DNA from: Pseudogymnoascus verrucosus
Lineage: Eukaryota
Assembly (NCBI GenBank): GCA_001662655.1
Contig: KV460273.1
Length of the DNA: 64,000 bases
Strand: one strand, 5' to 3'
Every line of letters starts with the position of its first letter. Position 1 is the stretch's first letter. The notes beneath the pieces are model-generated. The model did no database searches. It worked only from the letters and a program-made list of their open reading frames with translations, and was not told the DNA's origin. Positions 49,193-60,900 of this stretch are shown piece by piece. Made by a program: the position numbers and the translations under genes.

Positions 49193-50534
49193 ATGTCGTA
49201 CCAATACCCACCTCCACCAAGTTCCGGCGCGGATTATAAACTCTCACCACGTTCGATTGGCACCTTCCAAATACCACCTACAATACCCCCAGAGCTATCG
49301 CAACAAGTGCTAGATAGCAACCTATTCTCTCAAGAACTCGATCAGCATGCGCCCGACCAAGGAGGAAAAGTAAAGCGGTCATCGTCAACCTCCAACATCC
49401 ACGATCAAGCGATAGCCGATGCAGCCTTGGCGGCATCGGCCGAGAAGAGGAGAAATAAGCTGGGATACCATAGAACTTCTGTTGCTTGTGGTTAGCACCT
49501 ATTTTTCTTCTGTCTTATTAAACTTCTCCTCATAGGCCCACGGATTCGCTGACACTCCATAGGACACTGCCGTCGAAGAAAGATCAGATGCATTCTTGCG
49601 CCAGGAGACCTCCAAAATCGATGCGCCAATTGCATCAGACTGAAGAAGGAATGCAACTTCTACCCTGTTGACCAACCGCCGCAGCAGCCCGAATCAAAGG
49701 GCCAGCGTGGCGCACCCGGCGGCAGAGGAGTCGGCGGGGCTTCTTCTTCGTCATCCCCTACAGATCAGATGGGCCGTAATTCAGAAACACAGAATGGACT
49801 GTCATATCCAAATAATATGGCCATGCCTCCTTATCTCGGCTCTTCGGATCTAAAAAGGCTAAAAGACGATGGTTTCCCACCTGAAAATAGAGGTCTGTAT
49901 TCCCAAACTTACCCATATGACTCCGATGGCCTCGGTCCTGACTCTTATAGGCCTTGTCTTCGGAGCGCAAAATGAATACCAACCTAATTCGGCGGCTTGG
50001 ATGCAATCCAAACCACCACCTTCATCGAGACCCGTGGCCGATGCCTCCGGTTACTGGCGCGTTAATTCCCAAGAATCTTTGGCCCCAGCATTCCCAATGT
50101 ACTCTCAACCTTTGAATCAACCTCAGCATCAGAATTGGTCGCCAGGTGCGGTGGAACCTGGACCCCGAGAAGAGCTCAACTGGGTGGTACCCCAGCGTTC
50201 CGTGTCTTTTGGGCACCTCGAGAACATGCCCCAGGCACCCTATATGCACGGGATCCCATCGGGTGATCCAAATTCGATTGCAGTATCAGGCCCAACCATC
50301 GGATCCTCTCACATCTCCGATCCTCGGCAGCAACCGCCATCCTCAGCACCGCAGCCTTGGTCGGTTCCGCAGTACGGTTATATGAAAACTTCAGCTGCGC
50401 CAACCGCTGAGGGGTTCAATAGCTGGTTTCCAAATAATTCCAACATGCCACTCAATCCCCAGGGCGGTGGCGACAATATGCCTTATGATTCAGTATATTA
50501 CAACGACACAGCGCAAGCCGGGCGCCCACAGTAG
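49193..50534 (+). CDS. Zn(II)2Cys6 transcription factor (no middle-homology domain)
   Basis: Spliced EKRRNKLGYHRTSVACG|HCRRRKIRCILAPGDLQNRCANCIRLKKECNF followed by a P/Q/S-rich tail; two introns. Confidence 0.9.
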
Positions 50535-51079
50535 CAAGGCTCCCAACTACATACGGCGGAGAATGATAACGAAGACATTGAAAGTAGAACATGCGGTAGA
50601 ACGAGCTGGAGGTCGGGGATAATGAGCAATGGGTCAGTGATGAGAACGACGTAGGCCCGTGTGGGCGTTGTTAAATGTCGGTGTGAGACTCAAGGTCTTG
50701 GGATATTATTCCCAACGAAATCACCATTTTTGACTCCGAATAACACCGTGCCAATGCAAATGCTTCCCGTAGATCTTTATTTCACATGGATTAATGACCA
50801 ACACACTAATTAATGGCTAAAGGGAAGCTTAGCGTAATCAGTCGGCAGGCTCCCTTTGTTATTCGCTGCAGAGTAGGATCCGCGACTTCCTTGTCGTGAT
50901 TCTCATACAGTAGTTTTGGGGATAGTGTCCCGTATTAACGTTGTGGCCTTAAATATAAGGCTCCGTAATTATAGTCCTTATCTACAATCAATCCCACCTG
51001 TGATAGCTTCACATCAATGGCTTAGCCTCGTTTGCGCCATTTCAGGAACTTTCAACTTAGTTGAATCCCCAACGACACC

Positions 51080-51599
51080 ATGTTCCATGTGAGCAGAATT
51101 ATCCCTCCAACGGATCTCTGTTCCTTTGACTAATGTACCATAGCCACATCCCGAAGACACTTACCACCTCCGATTACATCGGGCCCGCTCGGTCATCCTC
51201 ACCACGCAAGAGTAACTCTCCCATGCCGGTTAACTCTGTGCTCTCCTTTCTAATTATCCTCTCAGGCTCGTCGAAATCCGCGCTGCTCAACGCACCTTTG
51301 AGGGCGCCTACATCCGCACAGCTGTCTCACAGTTTACATTCGCCCTCGTTGTCCTCAAGATCTTCACAGCCGAATTCTACAGCGTCGGCGCCCTCTTCGC
51401 CATCTATGGCATGGCGGTGGTGCTTGTCAGCGCCTATCGGCGCTGGGTCGGAAACAGGCAGTTCTTCAGTGAAATAGGGGATGATGGAGTGAATAAGAAG
51501 AAGTTCAGGACGAGTGGGGAGGTGGTGGTTATCTTGACGGCGCTGAGTATGGGTGCTTATGCGAGCTTGTTGGCGCTGACTTTGAGGCTGCATCCGTAG
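51080..51599 (+). CDS. Small DUF202-like membrane protein
   Basis: MFH|PHPEDTYHLRLHRARSVILTTQE|LVEIRAAQRTFEGAYIRTA followed by three hydrophobic segments; two GT-AG introns; missed in its correct frame by the ORF track. Confidence 0.78.
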
Positions 51600-52070
51600 C
51601 TGGATGGCTGGGGGTTCTACGAGTTTACGAATAGCGCAGAGATATCTGGGTTTGCGAGCGGGAATTAGTATTGTTAACTTGTTGCGGGAGTTTGGATTTT
51701 GGCGTTGACTGGGTAGGTATGGATATCTTGCCCTGGGAAGCAGGACGGAGTATCATGTCACATTGAATATGGTTTCACGAATCAGGAACGACGATGTCAA
51801 TCAGTTCAATATTTAAACATTAATATATTTGATATTATTTATTTCTGTGCTGTTTGAATTGCACGTCTGATGAACAAAGAACTGGTATTACCATCACAGT
51901 TCCATTGTAGTTGTCATCCCGGAATTGGATTCCGCATATTGAACCACCAAGCTTCAAAACTCAGGTTTTTCTGAGTGGACTTTGTGCCATGAAAGTAACA
52001 GTGCCTAAAACGATTGATTAGCAATAATTCAGAATCGTTGTTTGTAGTTTTGAATTAGGTTTTGTTTGAT

Positions 52071-52152
52071 GCAAGTTCAGTAAGTACCTAGTTATCCACA
52101 TAATTGTTCCAGAACAGGTCTGTGATAATATAAATATTTCTCATCATGTTGC
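52071..52152 (-). ncRNA. snR56: Box C/D snoRNA, snR56/U25 (SNORD25) orthologue guiding 18S Gm1428 (yeast numbering)
   Basis: Box C ATGATGA (52147-52141), 14-nt guide ATCACAGACCTGTT (52126-52113) complementary to 18S AACAGGUCUGUGAU, D' CTGG, box D CTGA (52080-52077), terminal GCAA/TTGC stem; intronic. Confidence 0.9.
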
Positions 52153-52354
52153 TTTTGTCTCGCGACAAAAAAAAAATCGTGCTTGGGCAGAATATTAGAG
52201 AAAATAAAAAGTAGCTTACCATATGTATAGACCTGTCGTGATGTTCATCTGGAATAGATCAGTAGGCCAGCCCACAAACACCTTTGACAGATGTCGAAAT
52301 CAATGGTTGAGCCATTGGATTGGTGGAATGAATGACGAAAAGAGGAAGGTTGCG

Positions 52355-52448
52355 AGGCTTCAGAAGGGGTCTTTTGAGATCAAGCTCCATTGGAGCATTC
52401 ATTCTCTTCCTATATTGGTGATACCTGGGTATCGTTCATCACCAGCCC
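52355..52448 (-). ncRNA. Box C/D snoRNA with guide to LSU rRNA domain V (CUCUUCCUAU)
   Basis: Box C GTGATGA (52442-52436), guide ATAGGAAGAG (52413-52404), D' ATGA, internal inverted repeat GCTCCA-A-TGGAGC, degenerate C' TTGATCT, box D CTGA (52363-52360), terminal GGCT/AGCC stem. Confidence 0.75.
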
Positions 52449-52706
52449 ATAGTATCAGGAAGATGGAAGAAAGTTGAGTGGAAAATATTTGCTACTTCTT
52501 TTAACGACGACTAGCGTGCCAAGACATCATCGTCTCGGCTCTGGACGCGGTTGTTTCCTCAGGTCGTCTGGGCGACTCGCGCAACCTCGATAGCAACCTT
52601 GATTTCACCAACGAAACCTTCTTTATTCCCACAACACCCAAGTTGGGACCCAATCGCAGCTTCTATTCAAGTTAAATACCAGCGGAGGATCGAGCCATCA
52701 CGAACG

Positions 52707-55062
52707 ATGGCTGACTTTCACTTTGGAGGAACTGAGGAAGAGAGCGCCGAGATAACGAAGCTCAATAACGAAGTCGTAAGTAGATCAACTACCTTGGAAG
52801 CTGTGCGATACAGAAGCTAACATATGCGCCGACAATACAGCTCGAGGATACAGATAACTTTGAAAACTGGGAGAAGCTTGTCCGAGCTGCTGAGTCTTTG
52901 GAAGGCGGCTTAAATCGCAACTCGAGTCCTCAAGCAATTACCACCGTCCGAGATGTCTACGACCGCTTCCTCCTGAAGTTTCCATTACTCTTTGGGTATT
53001 GGAAGAAATATGCGGATCTCGAGTTTTTAATCGCAGGCACCGAAGCCGCAGAAATGGTAAATAATGCTCCGAATTATAAAGGACGAGCCCGCTAACATAC
53101 AGCAAGGTCTTTGAGCGAGGTGTCGCGAGCATCACAAACTCGGTAGACTTGTGGACAGACTATTGCTCCTTCAAGGTTGAGACGAGCCACGTTCCTGATG
53201 TCACCAGAGAGTAAGTATACATGGATGCTTTCCTTCCCATAACACAAGCAAGTATACATGAATGGTCCCCTTCCCATAACACACGCATCAGCAGCGATGC
53301 CATCACACATTCCACACGGGCTTGAAAGGATCATCCTTTTCACAGACGGTGAGAGTGCCTAAAATATCCATCGTGTGATATCATTCTCACGCTCCGGACC
53401 AGGAAATCTCTTTCCTGCCATTATTATTCGCTTCCAAGTCGTATCACCTTGCACATCATCTTTTTACCAGCTTCGGGATTTTGGGGATACAGAGTCGAGC
53501 ACAGCATCCCTTTCCGTATTTGATGTCCCTACCACCTTCTTTGCACCCTGATTCCCCCCCTTGGGAGACTCCGCTAACATCGTTTCACAGGTTGTTTGAG
53601 CGAGGTGCCTCATGTGTTGGCTTAGACTTTCTGGCACATCCATTTTGGGATAAATACCTGGAATTTGAGGACCGCTGGGAGGCACATGACAAGATATTTG
53701 CCATTCTAAGCAGAGTGGTCCATATTCCTATGCATCAATATGCGAGGTATTTTGAGAAGTTCCGTCAACTCGCCCATACTCGCCCTGTTTCCGAGCTGTT
53801 ACCGGCAGATGTTCTCGCAAAGTACAGCGAGGAAATCATGACGGAAGCGTCAAATTATCCTTCAGCGCCGAAGGGGGAGCTCGAGGTCGAAAGGGAGCTT
53901 CGCGCCAAGATCGATAACGACCATATGGCGATTTTCACGAACACGCAAACTGAGACAACGAAGCGTTGGACATATGAGTCCGAAGTTAAGCGCCCTTACT
54001 TCCATGTGACTGAGCTCGATGTGCATCAATTAGTCAACTGGCGAAAGTACCTTGATTTCGAGGAGGCGGAAGGAAACTATGTTAGAGCCCAATTCCTCTA
54101 TGAGCGATGCTTGGTTACCTGCGCGTTCTATGATGAATTCTGGTTTAGATATGCTAGATGGATGCTTGCGCAGGATGGGAAGGAGGAGGAAGTTCGCAAC
54201 ATCTACCAGCGTGCGAGCACCCTTTATGTCCCCATCAGCAGACCGGGGATCAGGCTTCAATACGCATACTTCGAAGAATCGGCTGGGCGGCCAGATGTAT
54301 CTCAGGAAATCCACGAAGCGATTCTAATGAGACTCCCTGGAAATGTGGAGACTATCGTTTCTTGGGCGAACTTGCAGAGGAGGCAGTCTGGTCTTGAGGC
54401 GGCTATTGAGGTTTATAAGAACCAGATTGATTCGCCTTCCATCGACATACATTCCAAGGCCGCCTTGGTTGTCGACTGGGCATTCCTTTTGTGGAAGATC
54501 AACGGCTCAGTTACCGACGCACGACAGGTTTTCGAGACCAACGCACAGTGGTATCCCAGCAGCCGCCAATTTTGGGAGAAATACCTACAGTTTGAGCTAG
54601 AGCAACCCACGAGCACAGCTTCAGAGAGTGAACAGTACACCAGGATCAAGCAGGTGTTTGATGATATAAGGAGAAAGGCGCGTTTGACCACTGCTACCGT
54701 CAAGGATTTGAGCCATTACTATATGGAATACCTTCAGCAGCGAGGGACAAGGGACGCAATGAAGGAGTTCCTACAAGTTGACCGCGAGATCAATGGGTAA
54801 GTTCAGTACCACAGCATGCTTTAGAGATGTTCTAACTCGGTCATAGTCCCGTGTCCGTTCGGTCGTCGGGGGATGGCGGGAAGCCCGCGGTTCAAGAGAA
54901 TGACCAGGACAGCCAAGATCCGAAGGGTGATGCGTCGTATAGCAAGTACTACCGATTGCCAGAACTTGTTGCCAGTTCGCAGGTAAGAATGCACTGAATA
55001 ATTAACTGAGATGCCCTTGTTAACCTGGATAGGCTACTGCTCAGTTGGCACCTTTCCATTGA
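52707..55062 (+). CDS. PRP39: U1 snRNP HAT-repeat protein Prp39
   Basis: FPLLFGYWKKYA, GLDFLAHPFWDKYLEFE, KRPYFHV, NWRKYLDFE and YERCLVTCA; five introns including a 380-nt intron at 53211-53590. Confidence 0.93.
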
Positions 55063-55752
55063 TCGACTGTTTAGATTACGGTTGATAGCAACGTCTGGAG
55101 GAAGTAGATTACCATGTTGCCCCGTCCTCCTTGCGCCTTCTCGTGGTTTCCAGTTTGTATGACTATAATCTAGATAGCGGCAGCTTCAGCGATGATGTAA
55201 GAAATGGATGTTAGAATAGTGGAACTTTGTTCACTGGTTTTGAAGGCCTTTATATCTCGCTCAATTCAATCCAAGCAACGAGCCTTGCAACTTATATATG
55301 ACTTTCGGATTATTATTCGTGCTTCGTGATCTAGGTTTTCATTAACTATATATCCATCACTGGATTATCAGGGTGACTACCAGGTTAATTATTTCAGGAT
55401 GTGGTTTTTAATAAATTTAAATATATATACAAATTCCGATCAATTAACTGAGTACTATTACCTCTAGTCGTGTTGGGCCACAATGCACGTATATATCTAT
55501 AGTATAGGCCCCTGTAACAAGTGACTGGTACGAGTATTTGTATTTCCGAAGTTCCTTACCTTCGAGAGGGGAAGATCCATACTTGAGGCTGTATGAGATA
55601 TGAATAGCAATTCCCCACTTCGTGTTGGAGTTGCTGGTAGGGTGCATTGACGTAGGCGCTACTACCGGCATTCTCCGTTTGTGTTTATGTGGTTGGGACG
55701 AGACTCCCCTCTAGAGTACTGACACAATATACCACACAACGCGCTCTACGCC

Positions 55753-56938
55753 ATGTCAAAGACCATACAGATAAGCTCCCCGGCACAGTTTGCTGGCCTG
55801 CTGAAAAGCTCAGCGGTCGTGGTTGCCGATTGTAAGTTTCCATTCCTTGGCCTCTGAACCCCATGGCGGGGTAATTTCTAAGCAGTAGCATGGCGACCAG
55901 GCACCATTCGAGACCACGATACTGACACCCAGTAGTTTACGCGGACTGGTGCGGACCTTGTAAACAGGTTGCGCCTATATACGAAAAGCTCTCAGAGTCC
56001 CTGTCCCAGCCAAACCGCGTCACCTTCGTGAAAATCAACACAGATACCCAGAAGGAGGTTGCGGCGCAGTACAACGTCTCAGCGTGAGCCAACCCACGAT
56101 ACCGACTATACACACACACACTGACGCGGAATTTAGACTGCCAACGTTTATGGTATTCAAGCAAGGGAAGCCAGTCGAGAAAGTTCAAGGAGCAGACGTA
56201 CAGAAGCTGCAGCGCGTAGTCCGAGACCTTGCGAATATGGCGACCGACGCCTCCGGCCCTTCGAATTCAGGCAGCGGAAGCTCGTGGCGCAAGATCGAAC
56301 TGCCAAAGGGATATGGAGATGTTACGGATCAGGTTGAGATTAAAGGGCTTGAGCTTCTCAACTCGGATGGGGAGTTTGGAACTGTTAGGACCCTGCTGGA
56401 GACTGGCAAGCCTACCGCTCTCAACAGCAATGGGAAAGAGAAGGCTGATACCAAGGACTGGGTCGAGAGTGATACTGATGAGCAGCTGATGCTTTTCATG
56501 CCATTCCAGGCGAATTTGAAAATCCACAGCGTTCAGGTTCGTGCCTGCCTACTAGTTACTGGAACCGTACTAACCGGCCGATAGATCACCTCGCTGCCAC
56601 CCGCGAACCCAGACAACGACGACGAAATCCCCATGAGACCCAAGACCCTACACTTCTACACCAACAAATCGCACATCCTCGGTTTCGACGAAGCAGAGGG
56701 CATCCCGGCGACCCAAGTCGTAGTCCTCGAGGAGAAGGACTGGGACTCCACCGGCACCGCGAACGTAGTCCTGAGATTCGTCAAGTTCCAGAACGTGACC
56801 AGCTTAGTCGTGTTTGTGGTTGATGGCGACGGGTCCAGCGAGCGCGTCAGGGTCGATAGGATCGCACTTATTGGGGAGACGGGGGATAAGAGGGAACTTG
56901 GGAAGTTGGAGAAGATTGGAGATGAGCAGGGGGAGTGA
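55753..56938 (+). CDS. TXL1: Thioredoxin-like protein with PITH domain (Txl1/TXNL1)
   Basis: DF|YADWCGPCK, LPTF, ESDTDEQL and LRFVKFQNVTSL; three introns. Confidence 0.92.
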
Positions 56939-57940
56939 TGGGAAGGAAGGGTAGGGTCTTCGGTTCAGGAAGGAACTAGATCTTCATAACGCTTCACACG
57001 AATAAAAATAGACCGGCGTTCGTCGAGAGTATTGATTTTACACCAGCGGGTGCCGAGTCCTTCAGACAGTACCATCGATTGAAATTAACATTCAATCGAT
57101 ATATTCACTCAAACGCTCCACTGAGCCGCACACAAGAGAGCAACAGTCGATATTTTCAAGTGAACCCATAATCTCATTCTTCACCACACTACACCCCCCC
57201 TCTACTCTCTCTACTCTCAAATCCCCTCTACAATCCAAACTAATGGAAAGAAAAAAATATGTGATGTCCAGTCAACTCGTCAAACCCTAGCCCGTCCCCC
57301 GCATGCCCCGAAAGACGAAATGCGGGCGAGAATCAGCGTCGGGTCGCAGTGAGCGAGTAACCGTATTTTGCAATTGGGTCTGTTCTGTGACCGTCTTGAC
57401 GCTCGAAGCAACATCATCGAAGAACCTTGGCAGGCTACTGGATGTTTTGAGCAACACGGAGAATAGACGGTCGCCGCACGAAGAGGGAAAGAGGTTCGAG
57501 GTTGGCGGTTGCTTATATACCGTTGAGAAATTTTCTAGCGAGCCGCTAGTTGGGTTAGCGCGGTGGTGGGTTCGGATGCTCGCCGTGCGACCTTCAACCC
57601 TTGTATTAGCGCCTGCAATACCAGCTGATAGCTATACTGTCCACATATAACAGATTCACATATAAACTTGATCGTAATAATTTACGTTTCAGGAAATTGA
57701 TCGATGCGAGAAATATTAATGTAATAACATTTGAGGCTTTGGCTAAACGAAAGCATTGCGGTCGGAATTGGTCATTATCAAGATGCCCCTTTTCCACCAA
57801 CCGGTCTGAAGAGCACTCTAGATATACAAATCCACAAAAGAATAATACAGGCAAATGTGTGCTTATAGAGTCGATTGATAAGTCAACACCGGGCCAGAAT
57901 ACTAGCTCCTGTAGTGGCCCGTTTGTGCGGATAAGCCTAC

Positions 57941-60900
57941 TCAACGACGAGCCCTCCCACAACTAAACATCTTTGCCTTGATGTCTTCTAACCAGCCACC
58001 AACTGTAGTCTTCAATTTATGAGATGGTCCAGTAGGGTCAAGTTCAGACTCGTCATCCATCTCAGAAAAATCAGGGACTTGGAACTGATCCCATGCGTCT
58101 CCTGTCCTCCACGGGGCGCTGACGGAGGCTTGTCTGCTTCTTGTTCCGGGATGTTGGTTGTACTGTTCTGCCCGTAGACTTGGTATATTATCCTGCAGAT
58201 GACTGGACCCCTCCAACTGAGAACCATAATCACTGAAGCAGCTTTGGATTCCTCCCGGCTGTACATCAGCTGGAATGACTGCTGCATCATGTGGGGGTTG
58301 TCGGGCTCTTTGGGAGGTTGCTGGACTCCGTCTATCTTGAGATGGCTCTCGAGATACGAGAGGGTACGGTGACGAAGGAATACCAACGAACGCACTAGAC
58401 CTCGGAAGAATTTGGGGATAGGGGCCGTTCATTATAGCCTCTGCACCGGATGTCTGCTCTGGATTACTCGAAATAACCGCGAGCCCGGTTTCACCTAGTT
58501 CTCCAACGCTAGTTGCCTCTGGCGCTTTGATCTCCTCATACTCGTCCTTTGGTCGAAAATGGCGACTGACCTGACGAAATAAACTTGCGAACCTTGCGGG
58601 CGGTGTAAACAAATCCTCGGGGCTTAATACTTCCGGGCCTCCCAAATCTGCCTGAACTGCAGCCTCTCTGTTGATCCTCACCGTCCCTAAAGACGATACT
58701 GATGCTCTTGCAACCTTCAGTTTGAGCTTTGGTGCTGAATTGACAGGTTTGCGAAGACTTCCAGTGAGTTGGACATCCCGCCGGCGCTCATCCAATGGAT
58801 AGATCCCATCCAAATCCCGTCGCCGAGTAACTGGAGGAGAGGCTTTCGCTCGAACAGTAGAAGCTCGCGTCTTTAGTCTAAACTTCGAGAAGAAATGTTG
58901 TGTTGTTGGCCCTACCTGCGTCTCAGAATCATTCATTGTCAGAGGGTCCAAATATTGCTGGCCTGGGTGAATTGGAATCGGAGACACAACACCGACTGTG
59001 CCAAAATCGTCGTGGCCTCCAGAAGGCGGGGCTTTGTTACAAGGTCCAGCCTGGTCCAAATACCCCCCCGAATTCCCATGCTGGTTGCTTTTTCCAGAAG
59101 CTTGAGTGAACGTGAATTCACTTGGAACCACCAGGCTGCCATCGCTCCTGTACTTTCTGGCTGGGAATTCCGTCCGGCTATGCTTGAAGGAGTGTTTATA
59201 ACGCTGAAGAGGCATTGAGCTGCTCTTGTCATCCGACGACTCGACATAATTTTGACTCGGTGCATCAAATGAGAAATATCGTGACTGGGTTGAAGACATT
59301 GAAACCTCTGGTATTATATCCGGCTGTGTTGAAGATGTCGAGTTGGGCCTTGCTCGGAAATACGGACTTGACTTGTCGCGTTTGTTCTGTGCTGATACCG
59401 AGCGTTGAAGAATAGGGGTAGTTGCTCTTGTCTCGAGACCTTGTGGAGCTTGTGTTGGCGTTACCGGATCTAACTTATTTCCAGATCTCTCGTCGCTGTC
59501 TGTCTTATCTGCCCCTGATACCTCACGGCTGAGAGGCTTCCTTTTAATATCGTGAATCGCAGCGCCTTGGCTGCTTGTCGGCAAGCTGGAGTCGGTATAA
59601 GTGCGAATGCGGCCGCCAGGAGGGCTAAACAATTGCTGCAAACGTGGAGATACGGCATAAGATGAACTATCACTAAAGGTAGGTTCATCAACCACTTCTT
59701 TGGGTTGGCTTTCTGGCTCGGTATAACTGAGAGGCCCATCTCGAACAAGGTTTCTCGACTTGGAAATTTCCGTGCTGGTGCTCGTTTCGATGCTTTGTGA
59801 TGGGGTTTGATTGGGCCTTGTGATTCCCACGTTGTGTTTAAAGGCAGGTGATTTGGTTGATTCCGGCAACGACCTGTGGTGTTTTGCATTTTCTGGCACT
59901 GACTCCGAGTCATCTTGTAGTAGTAGCTTGCCACCGCCAACATATGAAATATCAGCAGGCTGGCTCCTTAGACTCTTTGTACCTTCATGTGGCGATAAGA
60001 GTTGTTCATTTGCGAGGAAACCACGCCCCTTTAAATCAGTCATAGCCAGATATGACCAGTCCGAGCTTAGCTCCCGATCTTCGTGGATCGTTTTTTCAAC
60101 AAGAAAAGATGGTGGCGAAATGCCCTCCAATTCTTCTGGGGCATGATCCCCTTCCCTGGCTTCATTGAAGTCTTCCGTATAATCGTAATATAAAGGGGAA
60201 GGGCGACGCGCTTTATTTTGGATTGGGACAGAAGCTGCTGTGCGACTGGGTAAATGAGAATAGCTACTGGAAGCCACACCCACGTTAGCCGTTGATGGCG
60301 ATTCTGGTGTATCGATATGATTCGAGCATTCGCCGGGTGCATCATCTCGTTGGATCACTGGCATGCGGTTGAAACCGTGTGGCGAAAGACCCTGCCCAGA
60401 GGCCATAGGTGTGGATCTGTTTACATTCGAGCGAAGTGATAAGGGGCGCAGTGATACATTTTGGCAGTTCGGACTGCCGGGTTCTCTTTGAATCTCAACT
60501 CGGCGTCTGTAATCGACTGCCCCCCCATCAGTCAGTGCGGGTGAACTGGGCCGAAAGCCAGGCCTTTTTAGCCTAGCTGGGTACTGGAATGAAGATCGTG
60601 GCCGCTGTGCATCATTTTGGTCGATCTGGCCGCTGAGGCTAGTGGAAGAATGAGGGTTTGCAAGCCTATATCCCGAGAATGAAGAAACGGTCATCGAGTA
60701 TGAACGTCTGTCTTGATCTTCCAAGATCTTCGAGCTTTCAGAGGATTTCTGACTCGAGTTTTCGTATAACGACGCAACCTCTGACGTGGCATCTCTGCCG
60801 TATGAAGGTAGTCGACTTCTGTCATCAATAGTGGAAGGCAAACTGAACACCCGGGGTCCATGGTATGGGAGTTGAGGTTCCGCACGGCGGTAGTTGCTGC

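Larger units (their letters stand above)
52005..52450 (-). ncRNA. Spliced non-coding snoRNA host transcript (ends not defined)
   Basis: Intron 52219-52005 with GTAAGC donor, GCTAAT branch and TTTTAG acceptor. An upstream TACTGAT..CCAG acceptor at 52249 delimits a 29-nt exon. No conserved ORF is apparent. Confidence 0.7.

Noticed and set aside
50636..50700. GTGATGA C-box-like motif in the Zn-cluster gene's 3' region
   Set aside because: No downstream CTGA, terminal stem or guide.
51914..52248. Spliced 39-codon ORF (MNITTGLYIW...) in the snoRNA host
   Set aside because: Short, with no recognisable features; typical of incidental ORFs in non-coding hosts.
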